Both the position numbers and the translations under genes were made by a program. Of a DNA stretch of 55,259 nt, positions 10,363 through 21,602 are shown in pieces. Source of the DNA: a virus (taxonomy: Duplodnaviria > Caudoviricetes); the IMG/VR virus record IMGVR_UViG_3300023184_005048, positions 1 to 55,259 of that record; one strand, 5' to 3'. The notes under the pieces were generated by a model. That model did no database searches and had not been told where the DNA came from. It was given only the letters and a program-made list of their open reading frames with translations. Within the stretch, counting starts at the first letter, position 1. Every line of letters begins with the position of its first letter.

Positions 10363-11462
10363 TTATTTAATTCTTTTTTTACTTTTGTTAGAGCCGATCC
10401 AATTATCTGATGCATGTCGTAATATTTATATTCAGATAATCTTCCGCCAAATATTATATTTGGATATTGATTAGAAAGTTCTTTATATTGACTGAATACT
10501 TTATTATTTTTTTCATCATTAATAGGATAATACGGAATATCACCTCTTTTATATTTCATTGAATACTCTTTTGATATCCAAGTTACTTTAGAATCATTTT
10601 TTTCAAAGTGTTTGTGTTCTGTTATTCTTGTATAAGGAACATTCTCATCACCATAATTAACTTGAGCACAACCTTGATAATCATCAACATCTAATCTCTC
10701 ATTAACAAATGATAAAGTTCTATATTCTAACTCACCAAATTGATAGTTAAAAAACTCATCTATTTTACCAGTGAAGACAATTTTATCAGCAATAGAATTA
10801 TAATACTCTTTATCTAAAAAGTAATTAACTCCTGTCCTAACTTCAATACCTTCTAACATTTTTTCAAACATTTTTGTATAACCACCAATTGGAATACCCT
10901 GATACTTATCAAAGTAATAGTTATCATCAAAACTTGTTCTTATAGGAAGTCTTTTAATAATAAATGTAGGAAGTTGTTTTGGTGATTTACCCCATTGTTT
11001 AGTTGTATAACCTTTAACAAATGTTTTGTAAATATCTTCACCAACTTGAGAGAGAATCCACTCTTCTAAGTTTTCAGGATTATCATTTAGTATTGAAACT
11101 GACTTTAACTTAGCCTTTGCTTGTTCAGGTGTTTTAACGCCCCAGAGTTGATTTAAGGTCATTAAATTGATTGGGAAGGAATACATCTTATCATCATAAG
11201 AAACTCTAACACAGTGTCTGTAATTGTTAAATTCAGTGAATTGATTAACCCATTCCCAAATACTTTTATCATTAGTGTGAAATATATGAGGACCATAAGT
11301 GTGTATGTTTATACCGTCTTTATTTTCAGTATAACAATTACCAGCGATATGCTCTTTACTTTCTATGATAAGACATTTTTTACCAGCCTTTGTCATTTCA
11401 TAGGCGAATGTTGATCCAAATAAACCAGCACCAACTATTAAATAATCATATTTATTATTCAT
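10359..11462 (-). CDS. glf: UDP-galactopyranose mutase
   Basis: GAGLFG, HTYGPHIFHT, YTTKQWG, GRLSEYKYYDM. Confidence 0.95.
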   Translation of the reverse strand: MNNKYDYLIVGAGLFGSTFAYEMTKAGKKCLIIESKEHIAGNCYTENKDGINIHTYGPHIFHTNDKSIWEWVNQFTEFNNYRHCVRVSYDDKMYSFPINLMTLNQLWGVKTPEQAKAKLKSVSILNDNPENLEEWILSQVGEDIYKTFVKGYTTKQWGKSPKQLPTFIIKRLPIRTSFDDNYYFDKYQGIPIGGYTKMFEKMLEGIEVRTGVNYFLDKEYYNSIADKIVFTGKIDEFFNYQFGELEYRTLSFVNERLDVDDYQGCAQVNYGDENVPYTRITEHKHFEKNDSKVTWISKEYSMKYKRGDIPYYPINDEKNNKVFSQYKELSNQYPNIIFGGRLSEYKYYDMHQIIGSALTKVKKELNK

Positions 11463-11901
11463 TTCTTTTATACTTTTCTATGTAATCACTACAAATACCT
11501 AAACATTGAAAAACATCATCATTGTGTATTTCTGGCATAACAGCAATACTATTTCTAATAGGTTGTTTTCCAGGATAAACCCAAAGATAATTATGACTTG
11601 TTAGTGTTAGTGTATCTTCTTCGTGCCAGAAATAATTAACATCATAGCCACATTCTTTGAAGTAAACAACGGCTTCTACATTTTTACAATGTACCCACAA
11701 TTTACCAATTCTATCTCTGAACCATCTGAAGTCAATACCATAGTCTGGTTTATCATGACCCAACCACAACATTTTATCTTTATACCAAACATCTACTTCA
11801 ACATCATATCCTTCTGATATGGCTTTATCTATGTATGTTGGTTCATTTTCATAAGATTCAAACTTACCATTAATGTTTCCTCTGTGTGAAATAAGTATCA
11901 T
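11455..11901 (-). CDS. GDPD-like phosphodiesterase domain protein
   Basis: ISHRGN...EN...DVEVDVW...GHD. Confidence 0.7.
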   Translation of the reverse strand: MILISHRGNINGKFESYENEPTYIDKAISEGYDVEVDVWYKDKMLWLGHDKPDYGIDFRWFRDRIGKLWVHCKNVEAVVYFKECGYDVNYFWHEEDTLTLTSHNYLWVYPGKQPIRNSIAVMPEIHNDDVFQCLGICSDYIEKYKRNE

Positions 11902-13269
11902 TTAGTTTCTATGATTTTCTAAATAAAAATTCAAATCTTCCGGTGTTCCTAATCCCCACATTTTACCAGATTCAAAAATTCTAATCTTCTTACAATCTTC
12001 TATAGCTTGATTATAAACAGGACAAACATAAAACTCATTATTAACTCTAATATCCTTTTCTATCATTTGCTCAGCATACTTAACAAAATCAGATCCATGT
12101 TTCCAGTAATAAAAACCAACTGTGGCATTATCAGATATTGGATTCTTTTCAGCCACTTCAGTAACAAAACCATTATCATCAATTTTAGCAAAAGACCATT
12201 TAGGATGAGTTGCTTTGAATGTTACAATACCACCATCACAGTTAGATTCTTGCATTTTATACATAAACTCATTTGAATCCCAATCTACAAATTGGTCAGA
12301 GTTTGCGAAAAATAAAGGACTATCACTATTGATATATTCTTTTGCTAATAGAGCTGTACAAGCAGCACCTTCAGTTAAAACATCTACCTCAACTATTTTA
12401 CAACCAGGTGTTACTAAATTTAACATAGTATCAAGGTTATATTTTTCTCGGTGAGACTTCTGAACAACATAAATATAATTAGCATCTATATTTAGATTTT
12501 CAACAACTACTTGAATCATTGGTTTATTATTAACTTCAATTAAAGGTTTTGGAAAAGTATAACCGGCTTGCTGAAATCTACTACCAGCACCAGCCATTGG
12601 TATTAGTATATTTAATTTTTCATTTTTCCACTTTGGAGTTGCTGTAGTATTTCCCATTTTTATTTCATTTATTTTTTTTATTATATTAGAATAACTGACT
12701 TCGGTTGGAGATTTTACTCTTAAAACATGAGATTTACTTCTTGATGCGGCTAAAAGTCCATAAGGTGAATCTTCTACTATTAATGTTTGCTCTGGTAAAA
12801 AACTCATCACTGATATTGCTTTCCAGTACATTTCAGGATGAGGTTTAGAATTTTTAACATCTTCATTTGATATAATCAAATCAACATACTCTATAATTCC
12901 TAATTTAGAAAGAACTGTTAAAACGGTTTTACGAATACTGTTAGAACAAACAGCTATTTTATAACCGTCATTAGTTAGTGAACTCATACATTCAATTAAT
13001 TGTTCAGATTGAGATAAACTTCTCAATTTCTCTATAGTTAGTTTTTGTTTATTCACCCAAACTTTATCATATAGTTCAACTGGTAGTCCTTTATCCTTTG
13101 TTAACATTTCAAGTTTCTGACTGGTTTTAAGACCATCATATCTACTTAAATGTTCATCCCAAGTAATCATATACTTTTCACCTAAAGCCTCATTAAGAGC
13201 CTCGTAATGTATTTCTTTGGCTTCTACAAGAACACCATCTAAATCAAATATTACAAACTTTATATTCAT
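11902..13269 (-). CDS. HAD phosphatase fused to a sugar nucleotidyltransferase-like domain
   Basis: FDLDGVL, SKPHPE, VEDS; C-terminal IPMAGAGSRF...PKPLI. Confidence 0.85.
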   Translation of the reverse strand: MNIKFVIFDLDGVLVEAKEIHYEALNEALGEKYMITWDEHLSRYDGLKTSQKLEMLTKDKGLPVELYDKVWVNKQKLTIEKLRSLSQSEQLIECMSSLTNDGYKIAVCSNSIRKTVLTVLSKLGIIEYVDLIISNEDVKNSKPHPEMYWKAISVMSFLPEQTLIVEDSPYGLLAASRSKSHVLRVKSPTEVSYSNIIKKINEIKMGNTTATPKWKNEKLNILIPMAGAGSRFQQAGYTFPKPLIEVNNKPMIQVVVENLNIDANYIYVVQKSHREKYNLDTMLNLVTPGCKIVEVDVLTEGAACTALLAKEYINSDSPLFFANSDQFVDWDSNEFMYKMQESNCDGGIVTFKATHPKWSFAKIDDNGFVTEVAEKNPISDNATVGFYYWKHGSDFVKYAEQMIEKDIRVNNEFYVCPVYNQAIEDCKKIRIFESGKMWGLGTPEDLNFYLENHRN

Positions 13270-13277
13270 TTTAATTA

Positions 13278-13595
13278 TTATATTTTATATTTGTCACCTT
13301 TAACACTTTTTGTTTTGACAACAACAGTTACTGTATCTTCTATACACTCAAAATCGGTATCTTCGTTTTCAAGAATTTCTATAATATCACCTTTGATATA
13401 CTCTATATTATTCATCTTAACTTTACCTGATACTATAACAGTATATTCTTTTGATAATTTATGAAAATGTCTTTCTTCTTTATCACCAGATTTATATTCT
13501 TTTATACCTACTTCAAAGTCGCCATTAAATAGTGTTGGTTCAAAATTACCAACAAACCAACCTTTTGTAAAATCTTCTAATTTATAAGAGTTCAT
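13278..13595 (-). CDS. Cupin-domain protein
   Basis: GWFVGNF, HFHK...EYTVIVSG. Confidence 0.7.
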   Translation of the reverse strand: MNSYKLEDFTKGWFVGNFEPTLFNGDFEVGIKEYKSGDKEERHFHKLSKEYTVIVSGKVKMNNIEYIKGDIIEILENEDTDFECIEDTVTVVVKTKSVKGDKYKI

Positions 13596-13624
13596 ATTAT
13601 ATTATATAATTTTTATTGAAATAG

Positions 13625-14284
13625 TTATAGTTCAAGTCTGATAATTTCAGATATATTGTTAGGTCTATTTTGAATTTGAAATCTATCTAGCATAGATTGT
13701 AAAAGACCGTGCGGTGGATTTAAGTGACTATTTGAGTCTATCTGATTATAAAATTCAAGCATCATATTATTAATAATATTAAAAAAGTCATCTCTTTTTG
13801 AAATTAGTATTGTATCATTTGGATCACCATTACCAGTTGATGTATAAATTAAATTATCAACATTCAGATACTGACTTAATCTACCATAATACTTTAAATC
13901 TAATCTAGTTTTAACAATTAAATCATATTTTTCATCCACTTCATATTTTTCAACATAACTTAGAATTTTTTTAATTCTATTAAACTGATGATAACAACTA
14001 TTAATATTTCTCATATTTATAGAGAAGTCATTATCATTTATAACATCATCATCGCTTATAATTAGTTCTTTATAATTTATATTGAACATATCTTTTATTT
14101 CATCATTAGATATTATTAAGTCATTGATTTCATTATAACCAAACTTATTTGAAATAAAAGGATGATAGTTATATTTTTTATTTGTTGTAGATATAAAATA
14201 ATCAACATCAACATCAACAAAATCCAGTAGATTACTTTCAGACCATGTTCTTATATTACCGGTTAATAAAACAGCTATTTTCAT
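13625..14284 (-). CDS. Hypothetical glycan-cluster protein
   Basis: MKIAVLLTGNIR...YDLIVKTRLD; paralogous to the next gene. Confidence 0.6.
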   Translation of the reverse strand: MKIAVLLTGNIRTWSESNLLDFVDVDVDYFISTTNKKYNYHPFISNKFGYNEINDLIISNDEIKDMFNINYKELIISDDDVINDNDFSINMRNINSCYHQFNRIKKILSYVEKYEVDEKYDLIVKTRLDLKYYGRLSQYLNVDNLIYTSTGNGDPNDTILISKRDDFFNIINNMMLEFYNQIDSNSHLNPPHGLLQSMLDRFQIQNRPNNISEIIRLEL

Positions 14285-14285
14285 A

Positions 14286-15032
14286 TTATTTATTTAATGG
14301 GTAATATTTTATTTTATTATCATAGGGCAATTGATAGTAAATAGACCCATTATCTTTTAATTCTTGTATTTTTTTATCAATATCAATATTATTACCAAAC
14401 TCATCTACTTCTGGATAATTAAATTGAAAATTAATCTGATATGTTTTAACATTTATATTATTAACAAAAAGATTATAACCAATTATTGATTCTGGATGAA
14501 ATATAACATCATTTTTATATTTATCTAAATTATCAAATACTGATGAATATTTATCCATTACTTCTGAATTACCTATTGCGAAAATGTCAGTTTCGGCATA
14601 CTCATAGACACACTTAAAATCCCAACCCCAAGGAACTAAAATCTCATTATTATTTAGTTCGAGTTCTTCTTTTTTGAATTTTCTTATAAAGAAAGAATCA
14701 AATCTACATCTAATAACTAAATCATACTTAAATTTGTTTTCATCTTCATATTTACATTTTAATTTATTACACTCTGTAATTTTATAAAATTGATTTAAAA
14801 GACTAATATCATTTGTAAATGAATGTCTATTTTTATAACCTAAATCACTATTTATAATAGTACTGTTAAATTCAAAGTATTTTGGTTTATATAAACTTTC
14901 TACATCAGACTCATACTTATCTGTATAAATGAATATATCAGGTGATAAATCATTAATTATAAAATTTCTAAAATATGGAAATGTTTCTTTATAATTTCTC
15001 AATTGACCTGATAGACAAATAGCTACTTTCAT
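14286..15032 (-). CDS. Hypothetical glycan-cluster protein
   Basis: MKVAICLSGQLR...YDLVIRCRFD...D.FAIG...HPE. Confidence 0.6.
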   Translation of the reverse strand: MKVAICLSGQLRNYKETFPYFRNFIINDLSPDIFIYTDKYESDVESLYKPKYFEFNSTIINSDLGYKNRHSFTNDISLLNQFYKITECNKLKCKYEDENKFKYDLVIRCRFDSFFIRKFKKEELELNNNEILVPWGWDFKCVYEYAETDIFAIGNSEVMDKYSSVFDNLDKYKNDVIFHPESIIGYNLFVNNINVKTYQINFQFNYPEVDEFGNNIDIDKKIQELKDNGSIYYQLPYDNKIKYYPLNK

Positions 15033-15673
15033 AATGATTCAAAGTATGATTTTTCTTCATTGAAACCTCTATATTTCTTTAAATGTTTCATGGTTGAAAA
15101 TTTATTAAATTTATTATTTAAGTTTCTAACTCTTAAACTCCAATCAATATCTTCACTTTGACCCCAACTCAAATCTTCGTTCAAAGGATGTTTTATCATA
15201 ACATCTCTTTTAGCAACAAAGTAACAACCTGGAAAATAACAGTTTTTAATATAACTTTGGTCATTATAATCAAATGGTCTATATCTTTCAACAGTTGGGT
15301 GATCCCAAGAAACATAATCAGAATATCTTCTATCATATAAATCAACAACCTTTGATACAGAAACATCAAAATCATTACCCATTTCTAAATAACCATCATA
15401 CCAGTCAGATAATGGATAATAATAGTCGTGTAAAAAAACTATATTTTCTTTACTTGAATTTTCAGTTATTATATTTTTTTTTCTAGTTATCCAAGCAGGT
15501 TTTATAGTTTCATCAAATTCTAGGTGAATAACATCACTACTATTATAGTTATTATTACCTCCAACAATTATTATTTCATAACTAGGTATATTAAGATTTT
15601 TAATTGACTCTATTATTTTATTAATATAAACATCACTATTATTTGATGTTATAATACCAAATGTAAATTCCAT
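15029..15673 (-). CDS. GT2-like glycosyltransferase
   Basis: YEIIIVG, KKN, VFLHDY, GQSEDIDWSLR. Confidence 0.7.
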   Translation of the reverse strand: MEFTFGIITSNNSDVYINKIIESIKNLNIPSYEIIIVGGNNNYNSSDVIHLEFDETIKPAWITRKKNIITENSSKENIVFLHDYYYPLSDWYDGYLEMGNDFDVSVSKVVDLYDRRYSDYVSWDHPTVERYRPFDYNDQSYIKNCYFPGCYFVAKRDVMIKHPLNEDLSWGQSEDIDWSLRVRNLNNKFNKFSTMKHLKKYRGFNEEKSYFESL

Positions 15674-15677
15674 AAAT

Positions 15678-16400
15678 TTATTTTTTATTTGCTACCCAAA
15701 ATCTTCTTTTATATCCATCAAAAATATCTGAGTTTTCTTCTAACCAAGAATAAATGTGAGGATTATACCGTTGGATCTTCAGCGTCCCACTCTTTACCCA
15801 TAAATCCTTTTGATGCTCTTTGAAAAGCGGTGGTTTATCAGCAGGTGGAGAAGCACCAACTCCATCTAATTCAACATAATCAAATCTCTGATATTTAAAA
15901 TTAGAATCTATAAATATATTCTCCACATATTTTGCGGAAGGAGTTCCACCAACTTCACTTAACGATTGGTCTATTCCAGATTCTTCCCTGAAATATATTT
16001 TAGAATCATTAGAATCTAAGATAACAGATTCAAAAAATAATAAGTCACAATTATTTAAGCAGTTTTTCAAATGTTCTTCGTGGTGATTTTCCAAATGATA
16101 AAATAGTCCAAAATTTATTATAATATCAAATTTTCCTAAACTCCATTGGTCTGTATCTAAGTTTAAATTTAGACTCTTTATATGTGGATATTTTTCACAT
16201 ATAACTTTATAATTACCATAGAGACCTTCAACACAAGTAACATCAGCTCCAAGTTTTGAAAAGTAATTGCCAATATCACCATGAAAAGCGCCTAGTTCTA
16301 ATATTTTTTTACCTTTAAAAAAAGATTCATCATATAAAGATAATATAAACTTTATACGATTTTCTTGCCACTCTTTATTGTAATTAGAATTTTCAATCAT
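15678..16400 (-). CDS. Class I SAM-dependent methyltransferase
   Basis: ILELGAFHG, FDIIINFGLFYHL. Confidence 0.8.
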   Translation of the reverse strand: MIENSNYNKEWQENRIKFILSLYDESFFKGKKILELGAFHGDIGNYFSKLGADVTCVEGLYGNYKVICEKYPHIKSLNLNLDTDQWSLGKFDIIINFGLFYHLENHHEEHLKNCLNNCDLLFFESVILDSNDSKIYFREESGIDQSLSEVGGTPSAKYVENIFIDSNFKYQRFDYVELDGVGASPPADKPPLFKEHQKDLWVKSGTLKIQRYNPHIYSWLEENSDIFDGYKRRFWVANKK

Positions 16401-16417
16401 TTATTTTATTTTATTTT

Positions 16418-17221
16418 TTATAGATAATAATCAAAGTGATAATACCAATCGTCATTATATATCAATTCAAACATATCTTTATTCCTAAGATAACAAACTG
16501 TATGAAGTGATTGCTCACTATCAATTAGATTATTAGAGAGTGCTTCCTCTAACACATCATTCATTTTTATGTTGAATTCTTTTATTTTATTCTTTTCACC
16601 AACTATAACACCAGCACCAAATCTATTTTTATGAGATTTGTAAAAAGACTTTATATCTAAATCTGATTCTTCTGGTTGATTTCTACATAGAATTCTTATA
16701 CCACTAACATCATTAATTTTTAATGGATTAGGATATAGTTTGAATTTATCTTCAGGTCTAAAATGGTTATGTCTTATACCAGCATCCAACCACATATAAT
16801 AATCAGTATTATAAAAATTCTTATCAATGGCATCTTCAACTAAAAACATTTTAGAAAGTATTAAAACTACATAATTGCTATTATTATATTCAGGTGGATT
16901 TGGATCAACTAATCCATTTCTATAATCACTTGAAGACATTATATCATCTATCCTTTCTTTCAAATAAAATTTAGGCAATTGATTAAATTCTTTATGAATT
17001 ATTTTTGTATAATTCATATCAGGGTCTATTTTTTTCCTTTCATTTATTACAAAATCGTATGTGGATGAATCCGCATAAATTACAAACTTACATTTAAGAG
17101 ATAATGTATTCTTAAAGTAATCTAAATATTCTTTCCAATTTCTTTTATAATCGGGCCAATCTTCTCGACCTATATTATATAAGGCAGTTACAACTGTACA
17201 GTTCAAAATCTCTTCCATCAT
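16418..17221 (-). CDS. HtrL/WlaTC-like glycosyltransferase
   Basis: TVVTALYNIGR, SKMFLV.DAI..N, MWLDAG, DSEQ. Confidence 0.7.
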   Translation of the reverse strand: MMEEILNCTVVTALYNIGREDWPDYKRNWKEYLDYFKNTLSLKCKFVIYADSSTYDFVINERKKIDPDMNYTKIIHKEFNQLPKFYLKERIDDIMSSSDYRNGLVDPNPPEYNNSNYVVLILSKMFLVEDAIDKNFYNTDYYMWLDAGIRHNHFRPEDKFKLYPNPLKINDVSGIRILCRNQPEESDLDIKSFYKSHKNRFGAGVIVGEKNKIKEFNIKMNDVLEEALSNNLIDSEQSLHTVCYLRNKDMFELIYNDDWYYHFDYYL

Positions 17222-18159
17222 ATCTCATATAATTTTATAAATTTATCCATAACAGGCTCAGGTAAATAATCTCTGTAACAATTCCAATCAGTAAATTTAC
17301 TTTTATCAAATGTTAAAAGTAAACTCATTAAGTCTTCATAGTTATTATACAATAAAGCTTTCTCACCTAAAATATCTATGTGATTTCTTTCAAATGATCC
17401 ATTCCAGGTTATAACCGGTTTATTCTTAATAGAAAATTCACCACAAGTTAATCCAAACGATTCTCCTATTTCTCTGGCATGTAAATGAGCATCACAAGTA
17501 TTAATAAACTTAACTTTAAAATTCATATCAGGAGTGGGATCAAGAAATAAAACTCTTGAGTGATTTATAAATCTTTCTGTATTTTGAAATAAAAAGTAGT
17601 AGTCACTTCTAATATTTAGAATATCTCTAATAACATCTTTTACAAATTGTAAATCAAATGTTTCATAACCACCATTTCGACCAAAAACTATAGCATCTTT
17701 TGGTATATTTAATTCATTTCTAAGATCACCATCTACTTCTGGAAGATTTATCATATGTGGTACAAAATCAATTCCAACAACTTTGCTTAAAAAAGGAGAG
17801 CAAACAAAGTACTTATCACCATGTGTATCACTTTTTGATATGTTAGATGATACAGCCATAACTAAGTTCTTACATACGTTTGATATAATACCATCGTATT
17901 TACCACCTTTAATGGTAAAAAAGTAATCACATTTTTCTTCTATCAAAATTTTATCTATCTCTGATCTATCAGAGTAACCATATATTTTAAATTCTTTTGA
18001 AAATTTATTAAAAACATTAATATCATTTTGAGGATAATTATTATCATATAAAATAATACATTCTGTATTATAGAAATATTTTAAATAATAAGCATAATCA
18101 TAAATTGCGACAGTAGTTCCTCTAACAGAGATTGAATTGTCGTGAATTGCTATTTTCAT
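17218..18159 (-). CDS. GT-B (GT4-like) glycosyltransferase
   Basis: GESFGLTCGEF, KPVITW. Confidence 0.7.
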   Translation of the reverse strand: MKIAIHDNSISVRGTTVAIYDYAYYLKYFYNTECIILYDNNYPQNDINVFNKFSKEFKIYGYSDRSEIDKILIEEKCDYFFTIKGGKYDGIISNVCKNLVMAVSSNISKSDTHGDKYFVCSPFLSKVVGIDFVPHMINLPEVDGDLRNELNIPKDAIVFGRNGGYETFDLQFVKDVIRDILNIRSDYYFLFQNTERFINHSRVLFLDPTPDMNFKVKFINTCDAHLHAREIGESFGLTCGEFSIKNKPVITWNGSFERNHIDILGEKALLYNNYEDLMSLLLTFDKSKFTDWNCYRDYLPEPVMDKFIKLYEI

Positions 18160-18704
18160 ATATTTGCTACTAGTATATCATTTTCTATCTCACCATCAAT
18201 AAATGAAATTTTATAATTTGGATTTATTTCTTTTATTTTTTCGATTAATTCCGATACAATAAGATCATGTCCCCATCCATTATTTTTGGTAAATGCTCTG
18301 ATGTCATCTACAAGTATCGTATGATCATTTCTTTTTAACAATTTAATACTTTCTAATTCTTCATATAGTGGACACTTTCTAATCTCTGGAGTTTCACCAT
18401 GAATATAGTTACCTGGATCTATATGCGCATCTAGCCAAAAAGTAATGGTTTCTTTTTCATCTAAATTAGATAGTGTTTTATCTATTATAGATGGTGAATC
18501 ACCTAGATAAAATTCTATATTTTTGTAGTTATTTGATAATAATTTTGCTTCATCATATAAATATTTTTGTAGTTCGACGGTTATTACTTTTTTAAAGCCT
18601 ATATCAGATGCCATTCTGGCAGTTGCTCCTTTATAAGTACCGGTTTCGAAAAAAATATCAGATTTGTATTCAATTAGTTGTAATTTTGGATTTTTAAAAG
18701 ACAT
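18156..18704 (-). CDS. Putative SAM-dependent methyltransferase
   Basis: FFETGTYKG, GDS, FWLDAH, LVDDIR. Confidence 0.65.
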   Translation of the reverse strand: MSFKNPKLQLIEYKSDIFFETGTYKGATARMASDIGFKKVITVELQKYLYDEAKLLSNNYKNIEFYLGDSPSIIDKTLSNLDEKETITFWLDAHIDPGNYIHGETPEIRKCPLYEELESIKLLKRNDHTILVDDIRAFTKNNGWGHDLIVSELIEKIKEINPNYKISFIDGEIENDILVANI

Positions 18705-18754
18705 TATTTTTATTTATTTTTAATTTGAGTAATTCTTGTGAATACTCAATAATT

Positions 18755-19597
18755 TTAATTTAAGTATAGTATTAATTTATTTTTTATCATATCTAAACTA
18801 GGAGTTATTTTAAATAGTGGTTCTGATATTATTTTATTATATAGATAAGTATCGTTATCGATTAATTTAATATATTCGATTAATTCGTATTCATTTTCAA
18901 AATCTATTAGATTAATACAACATTTCTTATTAAAATCTTCAGAATATGATTTATCAGAATAATAAATTGGAATACAACCGGCTATTTTAGCATGTAGTAA
19001 TTTCTCAGTAAAGTATCCAGGATATATCGAATTTTCAAAACAGATATTAAATTTATAATTAGAGATTACATCCATTTTATATTTTTCACCATCTGGTAGT
19101 TTATTATTATGAATTTTACCATAACAATCAACTTGCTTGTAGTTGTTTAATAAATTAACCATATTGAATCTATTATCATATGGTGAGCTAAATACAGTAG
19201 AACAAAATTGATTTTTATCCTTTTTTGTGAATTCATTATCACCTGATAAATATTCAACAGGTATTAGCCATTCGGGATTATTATAAGACTTAACATTAAA
19301 CCAATCTATATAAAGATACCAAAGAGGAAGCCTTATGTTTTTATTGTTGTAATCATCAAAGTCAAATGATAATGATAAGTCACAATCATTAAAATTAGGT
19401 CTTAAATTTTCACCAGTAAAGAATATTTTTTTAGTATTAAAATTTTTATGAGAATCTCCAAAGCAAGAATAAAATATAATATCAGCATTCTCTGGCGATG
19501 TTATATTAACACTTTCTTTAATTAATCTAAGAAGATGTATAAAGAAATTATTTTCAGGTTGAAAACCATGCCAAAAGTCTAAAAAGGAAACATTCAT
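18755..19597 (-). CDS. GT10 alpha-1,3-fucosyltransferase
   Basis: YKFNICFENS..PGYFTEKL..AKIAGCIPIY. Confidence 0.85.
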   Translation of the reverse strand: MNVSFLDFWHGFQPENNFFIHLLRLIKESVNITSPENADIIFYSCFGDSHKNFNTKKIFFTGENLRPNFNDCDLSLSFDFDDYNNKNIRLPLWYLYIDWFNVKSYNNPEWLIPVEYLSGDNEFTKKDKNQFCSTVFSSPYDNRFNMVNLLNNYKQVDCYGKIHNNKLPDGEKYKMDVISNYKFNICFENSIYPGYFTEKLLHAKIAGCIPIYYSDKSYSEDFNKKCCINLIDFENEYELIEYIKLIDNDTYLYNKIISEPLFKITPSLDMIKNKLILYLN

Positions 19598-20244
19598 TAA
19601 TTATAAATGTTATTTTGTATTGTAGTTTCATACATAATATTTTGAGAGGCAAGTGAAGGCTCAAACCAGTAATTATTTAAGTTAAGCTTTTCAATAAGAT
19701 TATTATAATACCAATCAGCTCCATCATTAACAAATTTAATAGATTCTATTATTTTATTAACACAAGACTTGCTTATCATATAAGCATGTGTACATCTTGA
19801 ACTGTTCTCTTTATAAACATTAACACCTGGTATTGTTCTAGAGTGTAAATTACAACAAGAACCAATCCAACAGATATCCCAATCAGATGGTAGTTGATTT
19901 TTATAATCATTAAACTTTGATATAAAATCATTTTCTAATATAACATCATCCTCTAATATTAGAACTGAATCATATCCATTATTAAATGAATCTTTTATAA
20001 TCCAACAATGTTTTAACACTAGCGATATCTCAGAGTACTTTAAGTTTCTACCTTTTGGATTTAAGTCAAATACAAAAGGATAGTCCAATTTAATATCTTC
20101 TATATTCCAATTATCTTTATCATAATTTTCAACCCAAGTATAATTATCAATATTATTTTGAGATAAATGATTAACTAACCACTCTTTTCTATTTGTCAAT
20201 TTAGACCAATGAGTTATATAAACTTTATCAACATTTAATACCAT
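19597..20244 (-). CDS. GT25 glycosyltransferase
   Basis: EISLVLKH, LILEDDV, WD, THAYMIS, ADW. Confidence 0.8.
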   Translation of the reverse strand: MVLNVDKVYITHWSKLTNRKEWLVNHLSQNNIDNYTWVENYDKDNWNIEDIKLDYPFVFDLNPKGRNLKYSEISLVLKHCWIIKDSFNNGYDSVLILEDDVILENDFISKFNDYKNQLPSDWDICWIGSCCNLHSRTIPGVNVYKENSSRCTHAYMISKSCVNKIIESIKFVNDGADWYYNNLIEKLNLNNYWFEPSLASQNIMYETTIQNNIYN

Positions 20245-20843
20245 TCTGTATATTTTATATTTTTTTCATTGATTATATTGACATAATAACTTCTATCTCT
20301 ATTATCTATATTATGCCATTCTACATAAATAGAATCAATATAATCAATTGTGCCATCTGATATTAATTTATCCATAACTTCATATTCGGCACCTTCAATA
20401 TCTAATTTTACAACAATATAATCTTCTTTATTAAAATTGTCTTTTATAAAAGAACTAAAGTCAAAACATTTGATCTTGAAAGAATTGATAATTTTTTTAT
20501 CATCTTCTATCCAATGACCCCAATTATATTTATCACCCATTATATTTGTAGAACCACCTACTTTAGGATTCATAAATTTTTCACCAACTAATTTACCATT
20601 ACCATCTTCATTTGTAATGAAATTTAAAATTTCTTGGTTTAGAAATCTATCACAAGACTCAAACCAAACACCTTCATTAACAAAATGAACATTAGGGTAT
20701 TTACTTTTGTCTATATAATTAAAAACATCTGGGTTAGCATCAAATGAGTAAACAATCCAAGTGTCATCTACTTTATTTTCATTTGATATTTGATTTAAAC
20801 CTTGACAAAGATTTGTTCCACAATCTAAAAAAACTTTTTTCAT
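20235..20843 (-). CDS. FkbM-family methyltransferase
   Basis: FLDCGTN, VKLDIEGAEY, VEWH. Confidence 0.8.
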   Translation of the reverse strand: MKKVFLDCGTNLCQGLNQISNENKVDDTWIVYSFDANPDVFNYIDKSKYPNVHFVNEGVWFESCDRFLNQEILNFITNEDGNGKLVGEKFMNPKVGGSTNIMGDKYNWGHWIEDDKKIINSFKIKCFDFSSFIKDNFNKEDYIVVKLDIEGAEYEVMDKLISDGTIDYIDSIYVEWHNIDNRDRSYYVNIINEKNIKYTEWY

Positions 20844-20852
20844 TTAAATTTA

Positions 20853-21602
20853 TTATTTTTTTAATGGTATTTGAAAATACTTTTCATTCCACATTTGACC
20901 ACCGGCCCAATGTCTTATTATAACATTTTCATAGTCATTTTTATTTATATAATATTGTTCAATCATCGAATTTATCGGATCTATATCACTAAAAACATAA
21001 GTAACATTATAATCGGAACTTCTTATTTCAATATTTGCGAGTAATTCTTCTGGTGTATAAACGGTCTCTGGTCTTATTTCTAAACCATAACCACAATTAG
21101 GTAATTCAAAAAATGGTATATCACTATGTTGCTGTATACCTGTTATATAATAGAAGGATGATTGTTCGGCCCACAATTTCCAAAAATGAGTATCACTATT
21201 TTTTAAATAGTTCTCTTCGTTTAATAGTTCATTTACAAATCTAATACTCCAGTCGCATATTTTTATAGAATAATAACCCATACAGTGAGTATTACAAGAA
21301 TCTATAGCATAGGTAAATGGTTTTTCAGATGTTAGAGTATATCTAGAATCAACTAAACACATATCAGCATCTATTACCGTAATATGATCACCTTCTTTAA
21401 GAAAGTTAGAGTCTATAAGTTTTTTAACATTATAAAGTTTTAACCAAGTACCACTATTTCTAAATGATTGTTTTTCTTTTATTTCAATATATTCATAACC
21501 TTGCTCTATCGCAAATTCTTTATTTCTAATAGAAATAAAATTCTCAAAGAATGTTTTTTTATACCCCTCAAAACTTGCTACACATAATAAGTATTTCATC
21601 AT
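20853..21602 (-). CDS. GT-A glycosyltransferase (GT34-like)
   Basis: WLKL, IDAD, WAEQ, IRHWAG. Confidence 0.6.
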   Translation of the reverse strand: MMKYLLCVASFEGYKKTFFENFISIRNKEFAIEQGYEYIEIKEKQSFRNSGTWLKLYNVKKLIDSNFLKEGDHITVIDADMCLVDSRYTLTSEKPFTYAIDSCNTHCMGYYSIKICDWSIRFVNELLNEENYLKNSDTHFWKLWAEQSSFYYITGIQQHSDIPFFELPNCGYGLEIRPETVYTPEELLANIEIRSSDYNVTYVFSDIDPINSMIEQYYINKNDYENVIIRHWAGGQMWNEKYFQIPLKK